Positions 37,234-48,720 are shown, counted from the stretch's first letter. The stretch: 49,654 nt of DNA from Octopus bimaculoides (GCF_001194135.2 NC_068981.1:198081981-198131634); one strand, 5' to 3'. Notes: a model not told the origin generated them from the sequence alone. A program made the numbers and translations.

Positions 37234-37388
37234 TGTATTTAAAATATCTGTTATTTGGTTGTTTTCCTTGGAAGGAACATTATTTCTTGTTTCAATGGAT
37301 TCTTCATTGTCATTGAAAGTTTTTGCAGGAACAAATGTATTTCCTCTGTTTGAGATATCAATGGTTGAATATGGATTTTCCTGGTTAT
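37234..37388 (-). CDS. Exon d: (D)NQENPYSTIDISNRG...ITDILNT
   Basis: Acceptor ttttctcttttattttgcag, donor ACA|GTAAGT, 155 nt, phase 1-0. Confidence 0.85.
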
Positions 37389-37419
37389 CTGCAAAATAAA
37401 AGAGAAAAGCTTTAGATTC

Positions 37420-37600
37420 TATAAACTGCAAAACCCAGGAGTGGGGTCTGCCAAACCTCAGAGGTCTGCAGGATATAGCTGTTGATGCTTTCAAAGAATG
37501 TTTTGAATGAATTTTTATCTGAGATGCCACATGAACCCACATTGCAAAAGGGCACACTCAGAAAAGCAGCTCTGTCAGAAACAATAGCAGAAAGAAAACC
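37420..37600 (+). mobile_element. CR1/L2-group LINE ORF2 C-terminal remnant
   Basis: With one frameshift reads LPNLRGLQDIAVDAF-KNVLNEFLSEMPHEP, like the LRN....VD.FK..LD.FL..IPDEP terminus of these LINEs. Confidence 0.55.
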
Positions 37601-38689
37601 AATCACACTGAAGGTGGTGCTACAGCATGGCCTCAGCCTCTAGCTGAGGCCAGCAAAAGAAAGAAAAAGAATAAAATATTGGAGCCTGGTGCAGCCTTCT
37701 GACTTGCCAGCCCCCAGTCAAACCGTCCAACCCATACCAGCATGGAAAGCAGACATTAAATGACGATGATGATGGCCAGAGCTAGTAAGCCGGAGAGCTG
37801 CACCAGGCTCCAGCTGTCTGTTTTGGCTTGGTTTCTATGGCTGAGATGCCCTTCCTAATGCCAACTACTCTACATAGTGTGCCAGGTGCTTTGTACGGGT
37901 CACTGGCACAGGTGCCTTTTATGTGGCACCAGCACCAGCTGGGTTGGAAAAGACCTCTTGGTTGAAAGAGGTAAGGGAACCAAGAGGAGGGGCTGTGTGC
38001 CAAACGAGACATCAGAATATGATAGAGGGAGAGAGATAGTCATGTTGCTATGGAGGGGTTACTTGGCCACCCCAGTAGGACAAGGAAGGATAAGGGGGCT
38101 GGGGAGACAGTCAGATTGAGACAGAGAAATACAGAGCTGGTGTGGGGATGTACTNNNNNNNNNNNNNNNNNNNNNNNNNNNNNNNNNNNNNNNNNNNNNN
38201 NNNNNNNNNNNNNNNNNNNNNNNNCTACCCACAGGGGACAGTGGTGGGGATATAAGTAGTGCAGAGGGGATGTGTCACGAGAGTTTGAGGGGGATATGTT
38301 TGGGGATGGGGAAGACATGACTGTGGCAAGTGATGGTGATGGGGGAAATTGGAGAGAATTGGAGGGGTGGGGAAGATATGTAAAGACAGAAGAGAGTTGA
38401 AGGGCCTGCAGTGGGTGAGGCGCATGAGGGAGAGTGGAAGGGGAAGAGATTGTTGGGAGTGTTGACAGAGGTCAGATGCGAGAGAGAGAGAGCAGAAGGG
38501 GATAGCCAAAAAGGACATGTATGTATGTGTGGAAGGCCATGACCTCACTTAGCTTGATGTGTCTTCTCCTCAAGCACAACGAACCACCACAAATTTTGGT
38601 CCCTTGTCATCTCCCCTATGAGGCTCAACAACTGCAGATCACATTTCACCACTTCATCCCAGGTCTACCACTTCCACACATTCCTACCA

Positions 38690-40130
38690 CAAATGGAACA
38701 AAGTCATCAGCATAGAGGAGCTGCCAAGGGCAACCAGTCTTAAATTTCTCCATTATGGCCCTGAGTATTATGATGGACAAACGGGAGATGAGAACTGATC
38801 TTTGGTGTACTCCTGTACACTAAATTCATTACTGTACTTGTTGCTGACCTTCACTTTATTAAATATAACAAAAATGGTTGAAGTGTAGGCCCTTATGCAA
38901 TGCATAGGCCCCATGGTAGGCAAGAGGTAGGTTAATAAGGCCAGTGGTAGGGGTGGAGTACTGGATATAAGCAAGTCCAATATGGTTCCCTGTTCTATGA
39001 ATGGTTTGGTACAGTGACTAGATAAGAGAATGAGTGTCCAGTCCCCGCCACAGGCGCCATTTTAATGTTCCTTTACCATACTTGAAGATGTGGGCAGGTT
39101 TTTTTGTAGCTATGTCACCAATTCATCACATTCCTTTATCTGTAAGGCTCTTCATCCCATGTCTTTTTGGGGTCTCCCTCTTCCACAAGTTCCACTTGCT
39201 TTGAGTACCCAGCACTTCTTTATACAACTGATATCCGCCACAGCCATCACATACCTCTACCAACACAATCTTTTCTCTTACACGTTACATCTCTTCTTAT
39301 ATTTTTCTCTCAGCTCATTTGTACTCCCTCGTTCATGCACACTGACATTACACATCTAATGCAGCTTGCTTACTTTTATTTCAACACGTCACATGTCTTC
39401 TACATTCAGGGCCCACATCCCTTACGATGTAGTATTGTTGTTTGTATTTGAGTTTCATACAATTTGTCTTTTGCTCAGAGGGAGACAGACAGAGACTTTC
39501 GTTACTAACAGAGGGAGTAGCTCTTTGAAATTATTGCAGCCTGTTCTTAATGTAGCAACTACACTTTCAGAACATTCCCCTCTGCTGCTAAGACATTCAC
39601 CCACATGACAGAGGTTATCAACTACTTTTATTTCTTTATTGCCCACAAGGTGCTAAACATAGAGGGTGCAAACAAGGACAAAGGGATTAAGTCAATTACA
39701 TTGACCTCAGTGCATAACTGGTACTTATTTAATCAACACCGAAAGGATGAAAAGTAAAGTCAACCTCGGTGGAATTTGAACTCAGAATGTAAAGACAGAC
39801 GAAATACCGCTAAGTGGTTCGCCCGGTGTGCTAACAATTCTGCCACCTCACCACCTTTTAGGCAGCTGTCAATGTATTTAAGAAAATCTATTTCCCATGA
39901 GCTCTTGGAGCTTATTTCCTGTCTATCTGCCACATGTAAAGTCTCTTTTCTTTTAACCTACATGGGATCCCATGACACTACATGCACTCATAGTTTATAC
40001 TGGCCACACCTTATGGAATTCCTAGCTGCTCCTTTTCTGTATATCAACCATGGTTACTTCTTTACTGGTAGTAGGGCCCACGCCTTTTTTCCCAACTTTT
40101 TACTAGGACCTTAAGTCTTTCTTAAATTTG
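38690..40130 (-). mobile_element. Fragmented RTE LINE ORF2 interrupted by a SINE
   Basis: FSVQ, KVVDNLCHVGECLSSRGECSESVVA and FKELLPLLVTK motifs, plus a PHD-like piece at about 39900-40070. Confidence 0.75.
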
Positions 40131-40707
40131 CCTGAAGCCCCTTCACTTTAAGCTTTGTTTCCAGTTGTGGAATTTCTTCTCTAATTCCACTATATACACA
40201 ACTATGGAGGCAAAGTGGCTGAGCTCTTTTCGAGTGTTGGGTCTCACAGAGGTAATGACCGAGACCCTTGGCATTACGCCATGCTTGAGAAGAAGAGCCA
40301 TCGAATCAAGCAAAATCAGTCATGGCACGTAAAAGAACCCATTACACTCTTGGAGTGGTTAGCATTAGTATGAAGATGCCAAAGGGTTGACTCATTCTAG
40401 TCTGGAAACATGAATGAGAAATGGAAAGGATTCCAAGAAAGATTTTCTTGTCATAGACTTGTTGTTTCCTTCTCTCTTGTAAAATGCTTATTTCATAAGA
40501 AAGTCTCAATTATTAAGTTTTCTAGTTTATTGAAGATATTCAGAGTTTACTCTCAAGACAATTTCCAGGCTTATTCTGTGAAAGTGAAAGAAAATAAGAT
40601 TTCCTGGAATCTTTATTATGCTTTCTTCCCTCAAACGAGATGAACTGAAATAGTGTTAAAACAGGTTTTCTTGGCTGAAATTCAGCAGAGAATACAATGC
40701 TACTTAC

Positions 40708-40768
40708 CAAAATCTTCACTGTCTGATGATTTTGGAACAAACTTGGCCAGATTTACACGCATTTGCCC
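40708..40768 (-). CDS. Exon c: GQMRVNLAKFVPKSSDSEDF
   Basis: Acceptor cctttcttgtcttttag, donor TTTG|GTAAGT, 61 nt, phase 0-1, fits both neighbours. It is not in the ORF track. Confidence 0.8.
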
Positions 40769-41972
40769 CTAAAAGACAAGAAAGGCACAGATTAAATAAC
40801 AATACTTTTCAGTCTTTCCATTAAATTAAAGAGCAAATAAGTTAGAGATGTGGTTTCCGACCATTTTTTTTTGTCTGTTCCTGTTTTACTTAAGTGGAAC
40901 CCCACAGCCATTCAATGTTTAAAAAAAAAATTACAATATATTTTTAGAATTAAATATTAGTAGGAATTGCGTAAGAAAATTAAGACTTTTAGTGTATTGG
41001 AGAAGTATAAACAATACATTGCACAAAAATTTTAGCAAGAAAATCTTATGTGGACCCTCAAGGGTCAAACAAACCCCAAATGAGAAGCAGTGAGTTAGAG
41101 GATCATCATTATTTAACATCTGTCTTCCATGCTGGCATGGGTGGAACGGTTTAACAGGAGCCAGCCAGGCAGAAGCCTGCACCAGACTTCTGTGACTGTT
41201 TTGGCTGGAGTTTTATAGCTGGATGCCCTTCCAAATGCCAACCACTCAACAGAACGGACTGGGTGCTTTTTACGTGGCACAAGCACAAGTGAGGTCAGTT
41301 TTGGCAAGATTTTTACAGCTGGATGCCCTTCCAAACACCAACCACTTTACAGTGTGGACTGGGTGCTTTTAAGTGGCACCTGCACTGACAGGGTCACCAA
41401 GTACCTTGCAAGACAAAAAAATAAAATTTGGAGAGAGGAAGGGACATTGGAGGAGGTGATTTTATGTCAGATGATGATGAAAGGTTATAACGAGACAGAG
41501 AATTTGTTTTAAAAGTTCAAACGTGAAGACAAACAGTAATATAATTACAAAGGGCTTAAAAGATACAAATGTCAAATAAGTATTTGAAAGAAAGGGAAAA
41601 AATTGCAAGAGAGAGAAAGATTTGCACAGATAAAAACATGCAGAAATATTGTATGCTAAAAACATGTCTCCTACAAATAAATACACACTGTCTAGATGAA
41701 CGAGTTTGAAAGGCAGTCGGCCATGAAATTCAGGTTGGTTTTCTCTGTTGCTGCATATGACCTGGAGCAGTGATTCTCAAACTGTGGTCCACAGTCCCCT
41801 AGCACAGTGCTTCTCAAACTATCTGATGTGGCATACTGGCAGTTTTTTCTTTTTCTTCTTTTCCCAATGTGCCAGGGACCGATAAGATTTCTTTGTAATA
41901 TTAATTTATACCAGAAACAATAAATATATAATGAATGTTATCAAAGTTGACAATTTGTTTTTATCTTGTATA

Positions 41973-42376
41973 GGAGTGGCTGTGTGGTAAGTAGCTTGCT
42001 TCCCAACCACATGGTTCCGGGTTCAGTCCCACTGCGTAGCACCTTGGGCAAGTGTCTTCAACTATAGCCTCGGGCCGACCAAAGCCTTGTGAGTGGATTT
42101 GGTAGACGGAAACTGAATGAAGCCCGTCGTATATATGTATATACATGTGTGTGCATATGTTTGTGTGTTTGTGTTTGTCCCCTTAGCATTGCTTGACAAC
42201 CGATGCTGGTGTGTTTATGTCCCCGTCACTTAGCGGTTCGGCAAAAGAGACCGATAGAATAAGTACTAGGCTTACAAAGAATAAGTCCCGGGGTCGATTT
42301 GCTCAACTAAAGGCGGTGCTCCAGCATGGCCGCAGTCAAATGACTGAAACAAGTAAAAGAGAGTAAAAGAGAGTAA
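41973..42376 (+). mobile_element. Full-length tRNA-derived CORE-type SINE
   Basis: A-box-like ggctgtgtggtaag, B-box-like gggttcagtccc, CORE-like accttgggcaagtgtctt, internal (TG)n, and an aagagagtaa repeated tail. Fragments also at about 200-345(-), 2275-2430(-), 13610-13710(-), 23330-23440(-) and 27430-27580. Confidence 0.85.
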
Positions 42377-42382
42377 ATAATA

Positions 42383-42770
42383 CAATACAGTTCTATATTT
42401 AAAAGATGAGGAATTATGTACATTATTTACATTATTTACATTTGACGGATATTTGTCCTCATCTTGTTTGTTGTTAACACAACATTTCGGCTGATATACC
42501 TTTCAGCCTTCATCAGGTGTCTTGAGGAAATTTCGAACCTGGGTTCACATTCCTAAGGTATTTTTCATTGTTATTATTATTATTATTATTATTCAGGTCA
42601 CTGCCTGGAATTGAACCTGGAATTTTGGGGTTAGTAGCCTGCAGTCTTAACCACTATGCCAAGACATCTGATGAAGGCTGGAGGGTATATCAGCAGAAAT
42701 GTTGTATTAACAACAAACAAGATGAGGACAAATATCTGTCAAATGTAAATAATGTAAATAATACAAAGTT
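42383..42770 (-). mobile_element. Penelope-like terminal repeat with tRNA-like head (42596-42660), plus an inverted partial copy (42657-42770, + strand)
   Basis: Collinear with the 3' part of the GIY-YIG element at 44627-44865; both end at ...tatagaactgtattg. Confidence 0.8.
42476..42521 (-). ncRNA. Minimal type I hammerhead ribozyme motif
   Basis: GACAC CTGATGA A GGCTG-loop-CAGCC GAAA TG T T GTGTT: stem I, core and stem II are intact; the stem III palindrome is ATGT rather than ACGT. A more degenerate copy is at 42663-42708(+). Confidence 0.7.
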
Positions 42771-43024
42771 ACATGAGCTGATAAGTTGCTTCCTACAGTG
42801 TATAAAGCGAAACTACTGAAGTTATACTATTGTTTCTTTTCTGGAAAGTCACCATGTACTGGCAGCTGATGGCTTGCAGATCAGCGTTGGTCTGCGGACC
42901 ACCACTTTGAGTAGCACTGCCCTATGGGACTGTGAAGTGATTTTAGGGGGACCACAAAAGGACACTGGAGTATCGTAAAAACAGGGTAGCTTGAGACAGT
43001 CAGGTTTTAAAATTTCAAGACTTT

Positions 43025-43452
43025 CAATCTTTTGCATGCTACCAAAGTCTTAATAAATAGGAAAGCAGACAAACCACAAATCCTTTCAGGTAGATGGCCC
43101 TGCTCGATCTGTAGAAAAGGCATAGGTAGAAACTCTATAAGATGTACCCAGTGTAAGCTATGGACACATAAGAGGTGCAGCAATATCAAAGGAAGGTTAA
43201 CTAGGAAGATAGTTTTTGTATGTGGCAGATGCTCAGGAGCAATAAACACTGAAAATGTGCAGAGAACAGTTTCTGTCACATTCCAGGGAGAAAAACTAGA
43301 AGTAGTTGATAGCTTCCGTTACCTAGGCAACCAAGTCAGTAGCAGGGGTGGATGCTCTGAAAGTGTAGCTGCTAGAATAAGAATAGCCTGGGCAAAGTTC
43401 AGAGAGCTCTTACCTCTGCTGGTAACAAAGGGCCTCTCGCTCAGAGTAAAAG
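43025..43452 (+). mobile_element. RTE LINE ORF2 fragment with a C4HC3 PHD-type finger
   Basis: Open frame ...WPCSICRKGIGRNSIRCTQCKLWTHKRCSNIKGRLTRKIVFVCGRC...LEVVDSFRYLG...AWAKFRELLPLL. Confidence 0.9.
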
Positions 43453-43959
43453 GTATGTGCTATTGGTATCTTTCATTTCTCATTTGTTTTCTAACTAATT
43501 TATCAACTGATTCTCCATAATTTCATGTGCTTTTATTGTATCCTAATAAGGTATTGCCTGGATTAAGATGTGGTTTTGGGGGTTGCAGGTCTATGGGCAG
43601 TGCGTTTAATAGTCTGAAAATTATGGTACACGAATGTATGTAATTTTTTTTCGTGTTGATTATCCTGCATTATGTTGGCATGCTGAATGAAATGCTTGGC
43701 AGTATTTTGCCCATCGCTGCATTCAAGCTCCGCCGAGGTTGACTTTGCCTTTCATCCTTTTGGGGCCGATAAACTAAACACCAGTGAAATTCTAGGGTCG
43801 TTGTAATCGACTAGTCCCCACCCCAAAAAACTTCAGGCCTTGTGCCCATAATAGAAAGGATTATCCTGCATTTTATAGGGGACTACAAATCATAGAATAA
43901 AAACTGTAAGGAGACTGGCACGTAAAACGTTTTGAAAAGTTTGAGAACCACTGACCTAA

Positions 43960-44170
43960 GGTGTGGCATTCAAGATTGTATGATTGCGGTTCCAATTCCT
44001 GGACTGGGCAGTGTATTGTGTTCTTAAACAAAACACTTCATTTCATGTACCCCCAGTCCACTCAGGTGTAAATGAGTAACAACCCTGCAACAGATTGGTT
44101 CCCCATTCAAGGGGAATGATGTGGGTCTCAGGTGTGTGTATGCTGCATATGTCACATGACAAAAAACTTT
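43960..44170 (+). mobile_element. Another CORE-type SINE family
   Basis: gtgttctt...aaaacacttcatttc...ccagtccactcag.tgtaaatgagt core; related copies at about 15770-15960(-) and 45790-46070(-). Confidence 0.6.
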
Positions 44171-44470
44171 AGTGAAGCAAAAAGACATCATCATCATTTA
44201 ATGTCCATTGTCCATGCTGGCATGGGTTGGACAGTTTGACCAGGGCTGGCATGCTGGAAGGCTCTACCAGACTCCAGTCTGATTCGGCATGGTTTCCTAC
44301 AGCTAGATGCCTATGCTGGAGCCAACTTTTGTTGTTTATAGCCCCAGGAAGATATCTCTTGATGATAATTCTTGCTGACTCAGGGGCCATCTTGGGAATA
44401 CAAAGGAAATGGTGTGCAAGTTTGAAACATCTCAGTTTCCACGAAACAGAACCTTCAAAGTGGAACTTAC

Positions 44471-44592
44471 TTTGTTGTTCTTGTCGTCAGTTGTAAGACT
44501 GATATCCGTATCGTCTCCCCAACAGTCAGAACCGGTGTCTTTTGTTTGACTGCAATGGCTTGAAAGAGTTCCCGTTTCCTCAGCAGAATCAT
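44471..44592 (-). CDS. Exon b: (D)DSAEETGTLSS...SDCWGDDTDISLTTDDKNNK
   Basis: Acceptor ttttcattttcccag, donor AAA|GTAAGT, 122 nt, phase 1-0. Confidence 0.85.
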
Positions 44593-44626
44593 CTGGGAAA
44601 ATGAAAAGATCCAAAATTAAACACTT

Positions 44627-45320
44627 CAATACAGTTCTATATTTAAGAGATGAGGAATTATTTACATTTACATTTGACAGATATTTGTCCTCATCTTGTT
44701 TGTTGTTAACACATTTCGTCAGGTGTCTTGGGAAAACTTCAAACCTGGGTTCTCATTCCTAATGTATTTTTCGATGTTATTATTATTATTCAGGTCACTG
44801 CTTGGAATTGAACTCGGAATCTTGGGGTTAGTAGCCCGCGCTCTTAATCACTATGCCATATGCCCGTAAGCAATTATGGAGTGAATTTTAGGGCTTATAA
44901 ATCTAATATTTTCCTGTCCTTCCTTAATACCATTTCCTATATTCTGTTCATATCTGCACTCGGTCTGCTTAGGAGGTTGTTGTATCCTAGCATATGTGCT
45001 GCTTCTTTTTAGTTTTCGTACTTTCCAGTGGTGTTCTCTGTCTATTATTTTAACTTCATCCCACAGGGGGAGGTGGTCTCCATTTTTCCATACATGATCA
45101 GCTATACCCGATTTATCGATATCTCCTCGTGCCACAGCTTTGTGATGTTCCTCTACCCTTATTTTGAGCAGGTGGCATGTTTCGCCTTTGTATAACTTAC
45201 CACAGCTGCATGGGATGAAGTACACACAGTCTTTGGTCATATTCTCTTTTATTGGTGGTTTTACTCGGAGATATTTTCAAAGTGTTGTATTACTCTTGAA
45301 TACTGTCCTGATATCATATG
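44627..45320 (-). mobile_element. Penelope-like element 3' half: GIY-YIG endonuclease, tRNA-like cassette and terminal repeat
   Basis: CVYFIPCSCGKLYKGETCHLLKIRVEEH...SGIADHVW...WDEVKIIDREHHWKVRKLK; the downstream repeat matches 42383-42660. Confidence 0.9.
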
Positions 45321-46111
45321 GCAAGCCTGGAGAGCCACACCAGGTTCTAAAGTCTGTTTTGGCATGGTTTCCGCATCTGGATACCCTTCTTAATGCCAAC
45401 CACTTTACAGATTGTGCCGTGGCACCGGCACAGGTGCTTTTTACATAGTACCCCTGTGTCAATCAGTCTGTCTGAGCTGAAGTTTTATTTTCTGGACAAC
45501 AAACAGTAAAACACAACTACTTCTATCTTTATCTTATTCCAAGGTAAAATCTCTATTAATTAATATTAATTAATATCTCTATTAATTCAAACACCTGAGT
45601 CTGTCAGGACACCCACCCCTGACCCTCTATACCACTAATCTCTCAACCGGCACAAAGCCAACCCTACCCCATCATTATTACTCTCTCCTCCCAGCTGAGG
45701 GGTCTTTGTCTTGCAAGCTATTTGGTGACCCTGTTGTTGCTGGTGCCATGTAAAAGGCACTGGTGAGAGGGGGGGGATGTATAATTACAAATGAAACTTC
45801 TTTCTAAAACCCAGTAAGATGATAACTGGAAAAGTAATGAAATTTCCTCCTAACACCATGCCAGGCTCATAAGGGCTGGTTTTCCGGGTTCCATGGCATA
45901 TATATTCCTCCACCTGGTCTGCTACAAGGTCACTCATTTTCGCCAGCTGAGCAGACTGGAGCAATGTGAAATGAAGTAATTTGCTCAAGAACACAATGCA
46001 TTGCCCAGTTCGGGGACTGAAACTACAATCTTACAATCACCAGTCCGACACCCTAACCACTAAGCCACACACTCCCACAATTAAAAAAGCTGTAAATCAA
46101 ATGTTACTCAC

Positions 46112-46292
46112 CCATGTTTTCTGACTGTTTCGGGACGGGAACAGGTTGGTGGCCAGGACTCATGCTGACTCGTCTTTTTGCTAATCCACGGCTGGACTGT
46201 TTCAACCTGCTACTAGTGGCAGGACTCTCATCTAAATCAATTGTGTCTTCTGAAAATTGTAACTTCTGTGATTTTTGATAATTTTCAAGCAA
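46112..46292 (-). CDS. Exon a: LLENYQKSQKLQFSEDTIDLDESP...KQSENM
   Basis: Acceptor attcttgtgttcag, donor ATGG|GTGAGT, phase 0-1. An alternative phase-1 acceptor would start the exon at 46249. LLENYQKSQK resembles the post-ankyrin QLLSDYKEKQ of the ANKRD26/POTE family. Confidence 0.75.
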
Positions 46293-46998
46293 CTGAACAC
46301 AAGAATTGTAGCCTTTTATAAGTGCATGATCACTGGCAGTCCAACCTAAAACAGAGAATGGCTTATATACAGATACATAAGTGAATATAAAGAGATCTAG
46401 GAGCAGCCATATACATCATCATCATCATTTAACGTTCGCTTTCCATGCTGGCATGGGTTGGATGGTTTGACTGAGGACTGGCAAGCCAGAAGGCTGCACC
46501 AGGCTCTAATCTGATTTGGCAAAGTTTCTACAGCTGGATGCCCTTCTTAACGCCAACCACTCCAAGAGTGTAGTGGGTGCTTTTTATGTGCCCTGGCACA
46601 GGAGCCAGTCAGGCGGCACTGGCACCGACCATGTTCAGATGGTGCTTTATATGTGTCACAGTCATGAATTCCAGTCAGACAGCACTGGCATTGACCACAC
46701 TCAAATAGTGCTTTTTATGTGCCACCAGCACGGATGCCAGTCAGGCGGCACTGGCATCTGCTATGACTACAATTTTGCTTGACTCAACAGATCTCAAGCA
46801 CAGCATATCTCCAAAGATCTGCCACTTGTCATTGCCTTTGTGAAGCCCAACGTTCAAAGGTTGTGCTTCACCAACCCATCTCATGTCTTCCTGGGTCTAC
46901 CTCTCCCACAGGTTCCTTCCACAGATGTCCTCCTCATCCATAAGCAACACATCTCCATACCAGCAAAATCGTCTCTCTTACACACCACACCACACACA

Positions 46999-47033
<35 letters not shown>

Positions 47034-47044
47034 ATATCTATATA

Positions 47045-47079
<35 letters not shown>

Positions 47080-47342
47080 GAATAAGCATTGTTTGCATAT
47101 AATCACAATTCAGGTTAGTTGAAATACGTTTGTCACATATTTCAACTGCTAAAGGCAAATACACTGCAGTTACCGTGGAGAAAAAATCTCTTATGGTATT
47201 CAGTTCATTCAAAGATTAGCTCAAAATTAAGCTAATCTTTGTATCTCTATAAATTCATACTTAGCTTATATAAAACTATACTGGTATATTCACTACTTAT
47301 GCAAAACTGCTTAGATTATAATTGTATTAATATATAATTAGC

Positions 47343-47563
47343 ATGTTTGTTTACCTCAACGTGACGTGGAGGATTTTAGGTAGAGCATCACCTTACAGGC
47401 ACGGTGCCCATAAAAGACCAATTAAATGCGAGTTGTGTTTGTTAGAAAAATTCCATATCTTATTCCAAGACAAGACCACTTTGAACCAAAGATGCGAACT
47501 ATTAAATTCATGAAGACATGAGTCTAAATTTAAAATGCCGGCTAATAACATACCATATGGGTA
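47343..47563 (+). mobile_element. Penelope-like (Naiad-type) endonuclease C-terminus
   Basis: VTWRILGRASPYRHGAHKRPIKCELCLLEKFHILFQDKTTLNQRCELLNS*RHESKF matches the W.IL.RA.PY...C.LCL.EK..IL...LN.R.EL...CRH..KF pattern. It is not in the ORF track. Confidence 0.8.
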
Positions 47564-47899
47564 GTATATTTTTGATAATTTTTGACTCCTTGAAACCAGT
47601 TTGCAATCTCATTATTGGATTTGTACCGCATTTTACTTCTCATTGCAAGAATATTGTATAGATCCCAACGCCTTTTTAAGAAAGCTTTCGACTGTTATAT
47701 GCATAGTTTTTCTTGTTTTTATTTTACTTTATATTATTTTATTTTATTTGTATTTATTAAAAAATATTTTGTAAACAAATTTAACCGTTTTTATGGATGG
47801 TTTGATATATGGGATTCTATTATGTATGTATTTTTGCCCAATTTTTGCTATTATACACTCAGCAATTTCTTTAAAAAGTTGTCTGCATATATACGTTAA

Positions 47900-48674
47900 A
47901 ACCCAAAAGTTTTTTATGTGGATGTCTGTATTGTAACAATGCATATGCATTCGTATGTGTGCGTTTATGCTTATGTATAGAGCCTATGTTTACACTTGTG
48001 CACATACATACATGGTTTTGAGTGTGTGCGTCCTTGCATATGCATGGGTAAGTGTGTATGCTTACATTTACACATACATACATATATTCGCGTGTGTACA
48101 TCTAGGTTACATATGAGAATGTGTGCTCAGGTTTATACACATACATACTTCAATGTGTGCGTACGCACGTATACAATTATATTTGTGTGTATTCGCGTAC
48201 ATATCCCTATATATCTGTATACGTGATGCTAATATACATTTTTGTATACACATATATACGTAATCCAATTTTGTATACGTTTGTTATATTCGCTACACTT
48301 CCTTCTTTCCTTNNNNNNNNNNNNNNNNNNNNNNNNNNNNNNNNNNNNNNNNNNNNNNNNNNNNNNNNNNNNNNNNNNNNNNNNNNNNNNNNNNNNNNNN
48401 NNNNNNNNNNNNNNNNNNNNNNNNNNNNNNNNNNNNNNNNNNNNNNNNNNNNNNNNNNNNNNNNNNNNNNNNNNNNNNNNNNNNNNNNNNNNNNNNNNNN
48501 NNNNNNNNNNNNNNNNNNNNNNNNNNNNNNNNNNNNNNNNNNNNNAATTTTCGTATGCGAGCATAATCGCGTGCATATGTGTATGTGTATACATGCATAT
48601 TCGTGCATGTATTTATGCCTTACAAATATATGCCTATATACATATATTGTCTGTTCGTATGCATCTGTGTATTT

Positions 48675-48713
<39 letters not shown>

Positions 48714-48720
48714 AGATAGT
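47900..48720. repeat. Degenerate (CA)/(TA)-rich low-complexity tract spanning a gap
   Basis: Alternating purine-pyrimidine sequence; the ORFs here are compositional artefacts. Confidence 0.85.

Larger units (their letters stand above)
41805..42919. mobile_element. Inner hAT non-autonomous element
   Basis: Ends CAGTGCTTCTCAAA / TTTGAGTAGCACTG; flanks ccctagca and ccctatgg (5/8 identical). Confidence 0.6.
41768..43953. mobile_element. hAT (Charlie-like) non-autonomous element, outer host of a nested cluster
   Basis: Ends CAGTGATTCTCAAACT / AGTTTGAGAACCACTG; 8-bp flanks acctggag and acctaagg (5/8 identical). Confidence 0.65.
665..46292 (-). other. ANKRD26: Partial multi-exon gene (14 exons visible): ANKRD26-like coiled-coil protein with an inserted talin-rod module
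   Basis: All 14 exons have AG/GT ends and compatible phases (0-1,1-0,0-1,1-0,0-1,1-0,0-1,1-0,0-2,2-0,0-0,0-2,2-1,1-2), totalling 2465 nt with no stop. NYEKDVLMNLNLN|DPTSAAKLQQYIYDCRQRLKKEKN matches recalled human ANKRD26 SYKNFMLLIEQLGMECK|DSVSLLKIQDAALSCERLLELKKN; FMDELGLSDSDD resembles MMSALGLGQEED. Ankyrin repeats are not in the window. Confidence 0.7.

Noticed and set aside
36478-37557. 359-aa minus-strand ORF, the longest without N
   Set aside because: It is a chance composite: only 37388-37234 is a splice-bounded exon, and the rest is intron, inverted-repeat arm and decayed retroelement.
44793-44865. Possible tRNA-Ser gene, and other tRNA-like SINE heads
   Set aside because: The acceptor and T stems pair poorly and the sequence is embedded in mobile elements, so it is treated as a tRNA-derived head.
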